A stretch of DNA of 63,921 nucleotides, counting the filler, from Reticulomyxa filosa (lineage: Eukaryota > Protista > Foraminifera), in the NCBI GenBank assembly GCA_000512085.1. It is 23 parts of 23 records of this genome, joined end to end, with 100 filler letters (N's around TTAATTAATTAA, not from the genome) between each part and the next. Parts side by side here need not be neighbours in the genome. Positions count along the whole stretch, not along the records: positions 24,643 to 28,187 come from ASPP01034153.1; positions 28,288 to 29,712 come from ASPP01039561.1; positions 29,813 to 32,029 come from ASPP01041392.1; positions 32,130 to 37,101 come from ASPP01019507.1; positions 37,202 to 42,817 come from ASPP01026954.1; 18 more parts are not named here. One strand, written 5' to 3'. Under the pieces are notes generated by a model. It had not been told where the DNA came from, did no database searches, and saw only the letters and a program-made list of their open reading frames with translations. The position numbers were made by a program, and so were the translations under genes. Positions 25,051-37,235 of the stretch are shown here, one piece after another (positions within the stretch are counted from its first letter, which is position 1; each line of letters starts with the position of its first letter).

Positions 25051-27517
25051 TTGATATCACTTATCTTTGCAGATATCAAGGTCAAACGCTTTTGAATTGA
25101 AAAAGATTGTTTTCAAAATAATACAGTCATAGAATGCTTTACTAGACAACAAATATAAAAAGCTTTAATTGATGAAAAAAGTGAAATTAGTATACTTATG
25201 TGCATCGATTGCATGAATATTATTTAGAGTAGTGTGGTTGATGTTTATAAATGCACGTACAAAAATAAGCAATGACAATAAGCACACATTCGAATTTATT
25301 ATACGTTGATTATCATTTTTGCGGCATGTTATTTTGTCCTGAGTGAAGTGGAAGTGATAAATGCCGTTGCAATGAAGTTAGAGTTTAATAACAACCAAAA
25401 ATAACAACAATGATAATGCTGATAACAATATACAGAAATACCAGAGTGAGTTGTGGTAATACATGCTATTTTGAATCATTAAATCTGAATTGAAACCCTT
25501 TTGTAATATTTAAGAATCTTAACGAGAAATACCCGAATTCATGGCATTTGTTACAATGGAATGAATGGTCTATTTCCCAGGAAAAGTGTAATAAAATTTT
25601 GAGATGGATCATGTAAATGGAATGAGAAAGGGATATTTTGGATTTGCAATTTTGGAAACAATTTTCGATTCAAGTCATATTTCCATTGGAAAAAATATTT
25701 ATTTTGTTCGATTATATAAACTTTGAATCCTCAAATCAAATTAATTGTACATCAAAGTTAACAAGTTTATTCTTTCTTTATCTTTTTAAAAATCAATTCA
25801 ATATTCACACACATATACACTTATATAAAAATAAAAAAATTGGAAAATTGGCAAATAAGGAACAAATGGAAACGATGGACAGTGAAGTATTTATGCATGA
25901 TAATTTATGGTTTTCAAATGCGTTAAACATATATCATATGAAGTATTGAACGACGATAACAAGCATAATGCTACGCTGTGTTATGATTTATGGGAACACA
26001 GTGATCAATAAAGTTTTTTTGTAAAAATTGCAGGCAGAAATAATTACAAGGCAGGTACGCAATTCCAACAGGTTTGTCCTCTTATCTCCTTGTCTCAATT
26101 AATAAATCCATTGGAACTGGGACACAACGATATGGCTTACGATTACATTTGGAATGAAAATTTTTCCAATAAAATGTATCAAAGTAAACCAATATCACGA
26201 CAAATGTATTAGAACAATCATCCACAGTGGGCAATATCAATAAGCTTGGATATAAGCAATTGTAATATCTAAATATCAAAATTATGATTACAAAAATGCT
26301 ATGTGTATTGAATATTTATTGCAAGATGGAGGGATTGATACACAAGCACAAGTTAAAGTTAATTAAAAAAAATAAGTGATGATACTCCAATGCTATTATT
26401 CTTTCAAGAAACAACAGTTTAGAAAAAAATATAATTTCTTTCCTTTAGTGTTATTGTTTTGTGTCATTTTTTTTTAAATCAATGAATAGGATAATATTTA
26501 TTGGAATGCATGGAAAGAAACGAAAACAAAAAAACTTGTGCTGATAAAAAGATATTTTACAATCAACACCAGTGTATGTAATCGGATATTAATAAACGAT
26601 ATAATGTTATTGTCACTTGAAAAAAAAAGGAAAGTATTTGAATTTTTGTACCTTCAAAAGCACCTCCATAGTGAAAAATTCATTCGAAATCAACACTTCT
26701 TTCTTTTTCATATCTCCCATCCCTTCTTTTGTCTCTAGTCAAGATTTTTTCTTTTTGACGGTTAGCCCAATTTAGTTAGTTTTTACTTTTTTTTAATATT
26801 AAGTAATATCAATCAGAAAGATTTCACTAAACTTTCATTCATTTTACATTTTCTATATTCGATATTTGTTTATCAATCATTATTAACATATTTTTTTTTT
26901 TTTTAGTATAGAAAGAGTGTTATTCATTGAGCCCAAAAGAAAATATCACACCAATCACATTTGAATAAAGCAATATGTTACAAAAAGTAACAAACAAAAT
27001 CAATTCTTTTGATTACTTTGGAGTTCAAAAGTATCAGTCGCCTTATTTAGCAACAATTTGTGGGAATGCTTATTCCTAATGAGTCAATGACGCACCCTTT
27101 TCATTGTGCCTACATCCTCTTTTGCTTCATTTTCAGCTTCAAACATTTTGATAATGATGATCGTCTCTTTTTTGTCAGTTTACTTTAGGAAATAAAACAA
27201 GAACGACGTTGCTGCTCCTAAAAACCCTTTTTGTTTGAACAAAAATTTAAATTTTGTGGATGGCAGCAGATTATAACTAGAGCCATGTCATAAAATTTAT
27301 TATGCGTAAAATAACAGGGATCTTAATCAAAAAAAATCAAATATGAGTTAACACGATGCTCAAGATAAACAGAATTCACAACCGTATGAAGAAATAGGAA
27401 GGAGTGTGAATCAAAAATAATTTTGATAATGATTCCACTTTGTTACCGAAATCTGAAACAAATTATAAGCATTGTTAACCAATAGCTTTATTCTATTATC
27501 GTTAAAATAGAGCTTAG

Positions 27518-28187
27518 TTAGGATTGCAAAGAATTTAAAGTGTGCCACAATTCACCAACGTGGTTCATCAACAATATGACATCATTTTTCTTTTCAAATA
27601 ATTCCCAATCTTCTATGTCAAATTGCATTCTTTTCATCCATTTCGAAAGATGTTCATCCCTGAATTAGTGTATCACAAACATGTTTTTTTAAATTAACAA
27701 AACACAAAACAAATTGAAAATCTTAACATATTAAGGTCACTAATATTACGATCCATCATTACAATAATTTGATAAGTGATTTCAAGTACATGTTGTGCTT
27801 GATGTGGATCATCAAAAAATGATTGAACAAATTCTAATTCATTGGAATTGAAAGTACATTTTTTGAAACTTGGATAACAACGATCAAGATTATCCAAAAT
27901 ATTTTGAATGGTTAATTCATTCGCATATTCAAACACTGCAACACTGATGTTGATTTCATGTCTACCAAATATAGCACAATCATATATTTCGTTCTCAATC
28001 GATTTAAAATCAATCCATTCATCACGATAATTCTGTTTATATTTCAAAGTTGGGCAATACCAAGATCGAATGATATCATCAATTTTCTCTTTATCAATAC
28101 AAATAATATCTTGATTAGTAATATCAAATAAAGACTTTGAAATAACAATAGAAGTTGAATTATTATCATATTTTTGTTCATTTTTCT
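27518..28187 (-). CDS. C-terminus of an RNF213 (mysterin)-like giant protein, 5'-partial
   Basis: Open from the contig edge: PTLKYKQ...IDFKSIENEIYDCAIFGRHEI, intron at about 27727-27660, then MDEHLSKWM...LLMNHVGELWHTL*. Resembles the RNF213 C-terminal Y..YD...IE......G and L.H+..LW..L patterns. Confidence 0.5.
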
Positions 28188-28287
28188 NNNNNNNNNNNNN
28201 NNNNNNNNNNNNNNNNNNNNNNNNNNNNNNNTTAATTAATTAANNNNNNNNNNNNNNNNNNNNNNNNNNNNNNNNNNNNNNNNNNNN

Positions 28288-29620
28288 AACAAATGGAACA
28301 AATCAAAAATTTGGAGAAAGAGAACGAGAAATATATAAATGAAATTAATGTTTTGAGAGAAGAGATTAAACAACATTTGAAACAAATTGCTACTTTCAAA
28401 GATGAAAACTATAAACAAGCAAAACAAATGGATGATTTGAAGGAAGAAAAAAAAGAGCAAAAGAAACAAGTGGACTGTTTGAAAGAAGAAAATAATAAAC
28501 AAATGGAACAGATCAAATGTTCAGAAAAAGAGAATGAGAAACATATAAGTGAAATTAATGTTTTGAGAGAAGAGATTAAACAACATTTGAAACAAATAGA
28601 CAATTTAAAAGATGAAAACAAGAAACAAGCAAAACAAATAAATGACTTAAAGGAAGAAAATGAAAAACAAAAGAAGTGCCTGGACAAACAATTAGATCAG
28701 ATTAGAGATTTGAACGCAGAAAATGGAAAACAGCTGAACCAAATGAACAGGCTGAGAGATGAAAACTATAAACAATCAAAACAAATAGATGGAATGAAGG
28801 AAGAATATAAAAAACAAAAGAAACAAGTGGACAGTTTGAAAGATGAAAACAATAAACAAATGGGACAACTCAAAAACTTGGAGAAAGAGAACGAGAAACA
28901 TATAAGTGAAATTAATGTTTTGAGAAAAGAGATTACACAACATCTGAATCAAATTGCCAATTTCAAAGATGAAAACAACAAACAAAACAATGCTTTCAAA
29001 GAAAAAATCGAACAACATCTGAATCGAATTAACAGCTTGAAAGATGAAAACAACAGACAAGCAAAACGGATACATGATTTAGAGAAAGATGGCAAAGAAC
29101 AAAACGAACAAGTGAATCGTTTGAAACAAGAAAAAGACAAACAAATGGAACGAGTCAAATGTTTGGAGAAAAATAACAAAAAACAAAATAAACAAGTGGG
29201 CTGTTTGAAAGAAAAAAACAACAAACAAATGGAGCAAGTCAAATGTTTGAAAGAAGAAAACGACAAGCAAATGGAACAAGTCAAATGTTTGCAAAAAGAG
29301 AACGAGAACCAAACAACTGAAAATAGTATTTTGAAAAGGGAAAATGAACAACAGATGGAGCAAATTAACAAATTGACAGACGAAAAACAGAAGCTGCAGA
29401 CACAAGTCGATGATACGGCCAACAGGAATGAACAGCTTACATCTGAAAACGCGAAACAAAGAGATGAGTTATACAAACATCAAGATCAAATTCAACAATT
29501 GGAATCTAATGTTCAAATGCAAAAGGTTCAACTCGATAATACCAAAGCTAAGTTAGTGCCAGTAGTAGAGTATGGACTATCCGGTATCGAGCCTATTCAA
29601 GTCTCCAAAATTAGAAAGTT
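28288..29620 (+). CDS. Repetitive coiled-coil protein (viral A-type-inclusion-like annotation class), partial
   Basis: 464-aa ORF with three ENEKxIxEINVLRxEIxQHLxQI modules and 14-aa QMEQVKCLKEEN repeats. It runs into a (TA)n intron. Confidence 0.85.
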
Positions 29621-29651
29621 TATTTGTGTATATATGTACATATACGTATAC

Positions 29652-29683
<32 letters not shown>

Positions 29684-30173
29684 TTAAGGTTTACATCAAT
29701 TAATCTTCTTTGNNNNNNNNNNNNNNNNNNNNNNNNNNNNNNNNNNNNNNNNNNNNTTAATTAATTAANNNNNNNNNNNNNNNNNNNNNNNNNNNNNNNN
29801 NNNNNNNNNNNNTTTTTATTACTTTTTCTATTTTCTTTTTTTCTTTTTTTCTTTTTTTCTTTTTTTCTTTTTTATATCCACTTTTTTTTTCTTTATTATT
29901 TTATTTTATTTTTATTCATCCATTTTTTTTATCATAATTATTCTTTTTTTTTCATACTCTTCCGCAAAATTCCTTTCAAGCAAACACACAACACAAATTT
30001 TTTTTGGTGTTTGATACACACACAAGTCATAGTTTGTTTTTAAAGTGAGGGAAGGACAAAACAAAGATAGATGCATATTTTTTTTTCTTTGGTGGAATTT
30101 CCTATTTCTTCACAAACACAACAACATTATTGATAAAAGTATATATAAACATAAATATAAACATACTTTTTTT

Positions 30174-30349
30174 ACTCCTTTCGGAGACAGGGTGGATTTC
30201 AACCCCTATTTTCTTTTCATTTTTTATTTTTTTGTGTGGAGATGGGGGGAACCTATAGTACAAAACACACACTTAGATATATCTATACAAAAAAATATAA
30301 TAAGACAAACCTATTGTTCTCCTTTCGGAGACGGGGTGGTTTCTACCCC
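30174..30349. repeat. Duplicated GC-rich double-hairpin motif in AT-rich DNA
   Basis: ctcctttcggagacagggtggatttcaacccc (30175-30206) and tctcctttcggagacggggtggtttctacccc (30318-30349), with a partial third copy near 30238. Confidence 0.7.
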
Positions 30350-32573
30350 ATATATTTTTTTCTAACCATATTTAAATGTCTATTTTAATAAACAAACACA
30401 CAATATATATATCAAGTTAGACAAAACAAAAGAAAAGACTTACATTCTATGACGACGAGTTTTGCAATGCAACGCCAATAGTGATTGCCATTTATTCTAT
30501 TAGTTACTCCAATTCAACAATTTGGCCACATTGTTCTCCTACGTATCCTATATACAAGTCACAATAAAAAAAAATTTGATATTATTATAACAACAATAAA
30601 AAAAAACAAAATTAACTTTGGTATGTTACATGACACCGTCGCCGTTGGATAGAGCATTGGAAATATTTGTATTTATAATAGAGCATCCACTGAATGTTGT
30701 TATCGTGATAAATTTATGCGATATTAAACAATGTTTGTGGATTAGCTGTAATGATTGGAGTAGTGGTTACAATGATTAGAGGAGTTGTGGCAATGTGTTG
30801 ATATAATGGCGCTGCATATGACTCGATTTTTTCAATGTGTGCAAAGATTGCATTGCATATGCAAGTGCAATTGAAGGCCAAGCCTTTGCTGAAGGAGAGC
30901 TTCTTGGACAAAAATGATGGGCATCACGTCTGACTTGTTTGTCAGATGCGTTATGCCTCACTCATTCCATTTGCGCCAATAGCGCTTCAATCAGTTAAAA
31001 GGCATAAGCCTAGCAATTGGGCGATGACAGATGACTTTAATCGCATTTTGTACTAGCGATTGCAGCCGGTAGGGCAATGTGTTAAAGTCAGTGTCATTGC
31101 CCACGTACACTTACAAATGCTCGCATCATCGCAATAATTTTTCTGTTCCTGTCGTTTGGTCTATCCAATTTTTGTGTGTTTATTTGTTTTTGTTTTTTTT
31201 AAAAAAAAAGAAAAAAAAACTTAACATTGCAGAATTGTCGGCGAAGTTGTGGGTACACATATTTGAAATTGCATTGAACATTGAGACATTGGAAAAGAAA
31301 GTTGTCATTGATATTGAAAACTAGGTTCTGTATATGAGCCGACGTTGAACATAGAATAGTTGATTGCACATGAAACCTTCAATCCTATAATCAATTCTGA
31401 TTGTTGGCACAATACGTATTTTTTATTTGACGGCGTTCTTGTTACTGCTTCAACTTCGCTATCTGCAAATACAATGCTGTTTTGTTTTGTTTTGTTTTTT
31501 AAAAATTTTTTAAAAGTCAAATCTATCATATATGCCCCTTTCTCCTCATTACTATTTCTGCTATAAATAACCAATCTTTTTTTCATGAACATATTTTTTT
31601 TTTATTAAATCTTTCTACCACTATTATTTACCTGTATGACAATGATTTAAATGCCAATTTGCAAAAAGTCGACGAGATAACCAAAATTGATTGTGATATA
31701 TTCACGGACGGCATTTTGATACATACATGCTTCTTGGACATTTTTGTATTGATTAGCAGCTTGCTTGTTGGAAAACGTATACTTTCATTTTCTAATACCA
31801 TCGATCGATTGTTGAAAATGTGCATATCTGATAAGATTGTCAATTTGTAGATTTGTGCACAATGCAAACATTTCCACCTCTTTGACGCCTGCACGTTGTC
31901 GATATAGTAATTATTCAATAATATTGCAAATATGATAATATTGTTGTAATAATTCGAGTATATTTGTCTGTTCGTCACGTCCTTACTTAAATTGAATATC
32001 ACATTAGTTGCACTTGATACCACTAAGAANNNNNNNNNNNNNNNNNNNNNNNNNNNNNNNNNNNNNNNNNNNNTTAATTAATTAANNNNNNNNNNNNNNN
32101 NNNNNNNNNNNNNNNNNNNNNNNNNNNNNGCATATTGGGCTATATCATATAGTCTTTTATCTTTCAAAAATATGTGACGATCTTCACCACCTATAATCGT
32201 GCACAACTTGGACGTTTTGTGGTGCATTAGCCACATGGCATAGTTGATTTTTTTTATCTTAGGCCGATGGCTAAAAATGATGATTACTAATCAATTCTTA
32301 TGAAACTACATCCCAATTTATATCTAAAAGAAATTGAAATGCGGTCCCAGAAGAAATATGTTCTGTTACTTTGTCCGTGTTTTACATTTACACACCAAAC
32401 AAGAAGGGCTCTTTGAAGAACAGGCCTAAAATCAAATTTTTGTCAACTGTCCAGTATTGTAACAACGAAAAAAAACCCCTTCATATTCAACAATGGGTTG
32501 GAAATTGTGAGCTACAAGCGGTTCCAACGTAGAGAAAAAAAAGCTGAGTTTCAATCAGCTTTGTTTGAATGTA

Positions 32574-34580
32574 TTACTCGCCCAAGCCTTGTTTTGTTTT
32601 GTCAGCCCTTTCGTCATAAGTGAAGCCAACAAACATATCTTTGGCAGCCAACATTGAGCCAGTGGCTTGAACAGGAGTGTCTTGAGGCATTTCATTGGTA
32701 AACTCTTCCTCCACATTTCCAGTATCTAATTCATCTTGGACATCAGGTTTGAATGGAGCAGGAAGTTCTTTTTTGACGAGTTTGTTAAAGTCGATAGACT
32801 TGAAGAATGCATGTTCTCTAATTTCTTCGCCATCTTTGGGGCCGGAGCCCAAGCGGCGTTTTGGATCTCTTTCCAACAGCGCCAAAATTACGCTTCGAGC
32901 CTCTTTGGACAAGTAGCTTGGCAAGGGAATGGGTGCATTCAGTATTTGTTCGTACATTATATTCAAGTTTTGGTTGTAAAACGGCGGTAGTCCTGTTAGC
33001 ATTTCATACAACAGCGTGCCAAAGCTCCACCAATCCACTGCTTTGCCATGTCCTTTTTGCTATATTTTATTTTATTTTATTTTTGTTTTGATAAAATTTG
33101 ATTTGATTGATTTGATTGATTTGATTGTGCACATGGTTTTGTACAAATTGTAACGAAATAAACACAAAATTATCCCCCTTCCTATCCACTCTCTATCTCT
33201 CTCTTGTTCTCACAGACATAGACATGGATATTAGTATTAATATTAATATCAGATATCGATATCAATATCGATGTCAATATCAATATCAATATCTAGGTCG
33301 ACATTAAAAAAAAATGCTAACTTGTAACACTTCAGGTGCCAAATATTCTGGCGTGCCGCAGAAGGTGTGGGTGATCATATCTCCTTTTAAACAATCCTTG
33401 GACAGACCAAAATCAGTGATTTTGATATGACCTTCAGCGTCCAACAATATGTTTTCGGGTTTCAAGTCTCTATAGATTATGCCTTTCAAATGCAAACATT
33501 CCAATGCTGAGCAGATCTCTGCCGCATAAAACTTGCTACGTTTTTCATTGAATCGCCCTTCATTTTTCAAATGGAAAAACAGTTCTCCACCGTTAAAAAA
33601 GTCCAATATCATGTACAACTTTACAATTGCAAGTCAAACAAGCAAAATTCTTTTTTTTTTTGGAAAAAAAAAACGGGAGGGACAACTTTGAAAAATGCAT
33701 TTTAAAAAACTATAGATAAATAAATAAATGAGAAAAAAAAAAGCACTGCAAACTTTGGCATCCGTTTGAAAGGAATATCTCAATGAAACAACAAATGGAT
33801 GATCGATTTGACACAACACCTTTCGTTCCTATCGTCATCATATATTTAAGGTGCATACCGTATATACACATATACATAAATATAATTTTTTGTTGAATTA
33901 ACTGTTTGCGTGTGTTGCACTTGCTTTCTTTTTACCAAAGCTTTTTTCTTCAACACCTTCATTGCGTAAATTTTTCCATCATCGTTTTTCTTCACTTGCA
34001 TTACCTTTGATTATTTTTATTTTTGTGTTTGTTGTTTCGAAATTCTCGAGCATAAAATCCACATTTGTCTATGTTTTTTTGTTGAATTGCAAACCTTCCC
34101 AAAGCTTCCTTTGCCAACCTATTATTATTTGTTTGTATGTTTATTACATTAATAGATTCAAGCGCAAGAGTTTTTTTTGTGAACGTACCACAAAACGAAT
34201 ACGTAAATATGAGATGACCCCTTTTTTTTTAAAAAAAAAAAGGAACCTCTTTGAATACATACCACTTTCAAAAATGTAAAGTCATGCACAGTCATTTTTT
34301 GACTGATCGCAAAACCCAAATCTTGCTCTTCCTCTTCTCGAAGTGTTTCCAGTGATCCCTTGTCCTTTTCCTTCTCTGCTACTTTGCTTTTTCCAAGTTC
34401 AGAACCCCCGTTTACTGAGCTCGTGCTTCCCGTTTGGTTATTGTGAGTGGTGTTGTTTGCTGTCGTTGTGGTGACACCGTCAGAATTGGTCGGAGCATTA
34501 CCAGTATTGATCGAATTACTACCAGTATTGGTTGGACCACTGCCAGTATTGGTCGGACCACTGCCAGTATTGTTTCCCAT
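32574..34580 (-). CDS. AGC-family Ser/Thr kinase (PKB/S6K/SGK-like, no PH domain, putative N-myristoylation)
   Basis: Exons at about 34580-34263, 34118-34095 (VGKGSFGK), 34004-33903 (YAMKVLKK), 33828-33754, 33620-33322 ([25 protein letters not shown]) and 33060-32574 (DWWSFG, turn motif DTP, hydrophobic motif FVGFTY). Confidence 0.95.
34490..34571 (-). repeat. Coding 21-bp repeat (NTGSGPT, about 4 units) in the kinase N-terminus
   Basis: ccagtattggt(c/t)ggaccactg units. Confidence 0.8.
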
Positions 34581-35046
34581 TGGTTTGGACAAAAGCTCAG
34601 AAAAGAATTAAAAATCAAACAAAAAAACTGAACCTGCCAAGCCTTATTCGCAAAGACTTTTCAAATGTTGTTCGATTTGGCCATAATAAAAACATAAGCT
34701 CTGGAACGTGTTTTTGAATAGTTTTTTATTATTTTTTATGCTAAGTTTTTGAAGAAAATGCTGTGCATCAATCCAAAAATGTCATTGTTTCTTTCTCCAC
34801 GTTAATTGACAAACTCCAGTAATACCTTTTTTTTGCTTGTAAACTCAAAACGTCGTTCACAAAGGGATTTTCCAAAAAAAGCGAAATATTAGTAATGCTC
34901 AGACCAAAGAAAAAGCAAGAACTTAAACCAGCAACGAAGGTAAAAAGTGTTCGTTGGAATAAATGATTGATTGAAACAAGTGGTCAACTGCTTATTCCGC
35001 TTTATAAAAAAAAAAGAAAACAGACACAAACCCAGAAAATGATTTT

Positions 35047-35984
35047 GTGGAATATGAATATTCTTCAGAAGGATCGATGAATGGACATATAGCATCTCAT
35101 TCAAATCCAATTACAAACACATATCCAAACACATATCCAAACGCATATTCCAATGTATTTCCGTCAAATAGTTCAAGCCAGGGAACAGGAGCAATAGGGA
35201 CAGGGATGATGAATGAAGAAGATGAGCCGCCATTGCTTGAAGGTAAGGGTTGTGTGGTGTCGATAAAAAAAAAAGGGGGAGCAGAAACAAAAAAAAAAAA
35301 AAAAAAGATTGGGAATAAATTTTCATAACATTTGGGAAAAGACGTTATATGTATTAATTCCCCGAAAAAATTTGGACGAACAAAATATTGGCAGACGGGG
35401 ATTTGGCAGGACCGATTATATTTTGTTTTATCTTAGGCTTTTTGATGCTGTTGGTGTGTACACAACATTTTCTGTAGTAATTTACTTTTTTAATTTAATT
35501 GGTAAAAAAAATAAAAATAAAAAAATAAACCAACAATTAAAACAAGGCCCAAAAATTAAACTTTGGCTATATTTATGGTTTTAGTGTAATTGGCTGTGGT
35601 AGCTTAAATTTAATGTTTAATTTAATGAGTGAAATCGGAATTGATATGATTCATACTGTGTCTGTCGTTGGGTATTGCATACTTCCTATTGTTTTCTTGG
35701 CTGGATTTAATGTCATCTTTAATCTAAGGTTTGTATCAACGATGATGTAACTATTACAATGCAAATTCAAACTACAATTGCAAATGTATATTTAATATAT
35801 ACATACATATATATGTAAATAGAGGCAAAATTGGATTCTTTTGTCTATCTTCATCGTCATTTGGTCTTCGGCTATTGCCACCAGATTCGTTGAAAAATTG
35901 GCCAAATTAGATCATCAGAGATATTTAATTGCTTATCCTTTGGCTTTATTTTATGCTTGTTTTGCACTTATCACTGTTTTTTGA
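35047..35984 (+). CDS. YIP1: Yip1-domain ER-Golgi trafficking protein (YIPF5/7-like)
   Basis: EDEPPLLE|ELGIN, DLAGP, FGYIYG, SVVGYCILP and QRYLIAYPLALFYACFALITVF* across four exons. The true start is uncertain and there are small homopolymer indels. Confidence 0.92.
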
Positions 35985-36370
35985 TTTTTTTTTTCTACCC
36001 TCAAACTTTCATTTTGCTGATGCTCAGCGTTGCTCAGTTCCGTTTGCATGAGGAGAAATTCTTACTCCTCCATCACATTTTCTAATTTGAAATAACCCAT
36101 TTTTAAAATACAGTTTGTGGATTTTTTAAATTTAAAAGCTGAGATACGTGAGTAAAAGAGATGTTGTATTTTTACGTGGTATACCTTTGCACCACATAGA
36201 ATTGTCTGACTTTTCCCCCAGGCACAGGAAAAAATAAAAAAAAGAACTCGTGATACCCCCCATCATTTTTTAAATTTGAAAAAAATGAAGATGAACGGGT
36301 CTGCTCTATATTTTTGTATAACTTTGTAAATTTCTGTTTATTTTTGATGTTGGAACCCTTGGGTAAGAAA

Positions 36371-37032
36371 ATGTCCAAAAAAACGAAAAAAGAAAAGCAT
36401 CCCGAGAGGACGACAAATGGTTACCCCTGCGAGGGCGAATAATTGATAACTACATAATAGTGGAGAGGATCGGGAGAGGCCGATTCAGCGAAGTATATGT
36501 AGTGAGTGAGCATCAATCAAGCGTATATTACGCATTGAAAGCAGAGACACTAGGGAATGAAAAAGAGAAATCAAACGAAAACACAAAGAAGAAGATGAGT
36601 TTATCGACAAAGGCAATGTCGGAAGAGACGGAGAAAGAGGTTCGAATGAATGAGGGGAGAAGCAAATTACGAATGGAATACGAAGAAGGAGGAGGAGAAG
36701 AAGAAAATGGAGGAGGAGGTGGAGGCGGAGGAGGTTGTTCGTTTAAGAAAGAGTATGATATAATGGAAGAGCTAAAAAACTGTCCATACACATGTGGCGT
36801 AATAAAGATGGGCCAATTGCCAGATGACATTTGTTTGACCAAAGCAGGCACAAAAGCGTCTGGACAATATATTATTATGGAGTTGTGTGAGAGACTTAAT
36901 CTGTCGGACATACGAAAAAATACTCGTTGTGGATACTTTGGACCCATTACCGGCGCAAGGATTGGTATAGAAATTATCCGAGCCATTCAGAGCCTTCATG
37001 AAAATGGATATATTCATCGTGACATTAAACCG
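36371..37032 (+). CDS. CK1-group (tau-tubulin kinase-like) protein kinase, 3'-partial
   Basis: IGRGRFSEVY, ALKAE, YIIMEL...NLSDIRK and LHENGYIHRDIKP. The ATG at 36371 joins through a 1-nt indel near 36439. Confidence 0.85.
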
Positions 37033-37235
37033 GTATACATATATGTATATGTATATGTATATATATGTATATATATATATTTTTTTTTTTTTTTTTTTTT
37101 TNNNNNNNNNNNNNNNNNNNNNNNNNNNNNNNNNNNNNNNNNNNNTTAATTAATTAANNNNNNNNNNNNNNNNNNNNNNNNNNNNNNNNNNNNNNNNNNN
37201 NATTGAGTACAAAGGAAGGCAAAAAAAAAAAAATT

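Noticed and set aside
28409-29476. Hydrophobic minus-strand ORFs resembling membrane proteins (also 16845-18501 and 59809-61192)
   Set aside because: They are antisense shadows of K/E/Q-rich coding sequence.
30174-30349. Hammerhead ribozyme or histone stem-loop
   Set aside because: There is no CUGANGA core on either strand, no histone gene and no match to the stem-loop consensus.
30440-32029. Possible transporter or other gene
   Set aside because: All frames are broken by stops and I recognise no motif. It is probably an old relic of uncertain strand.
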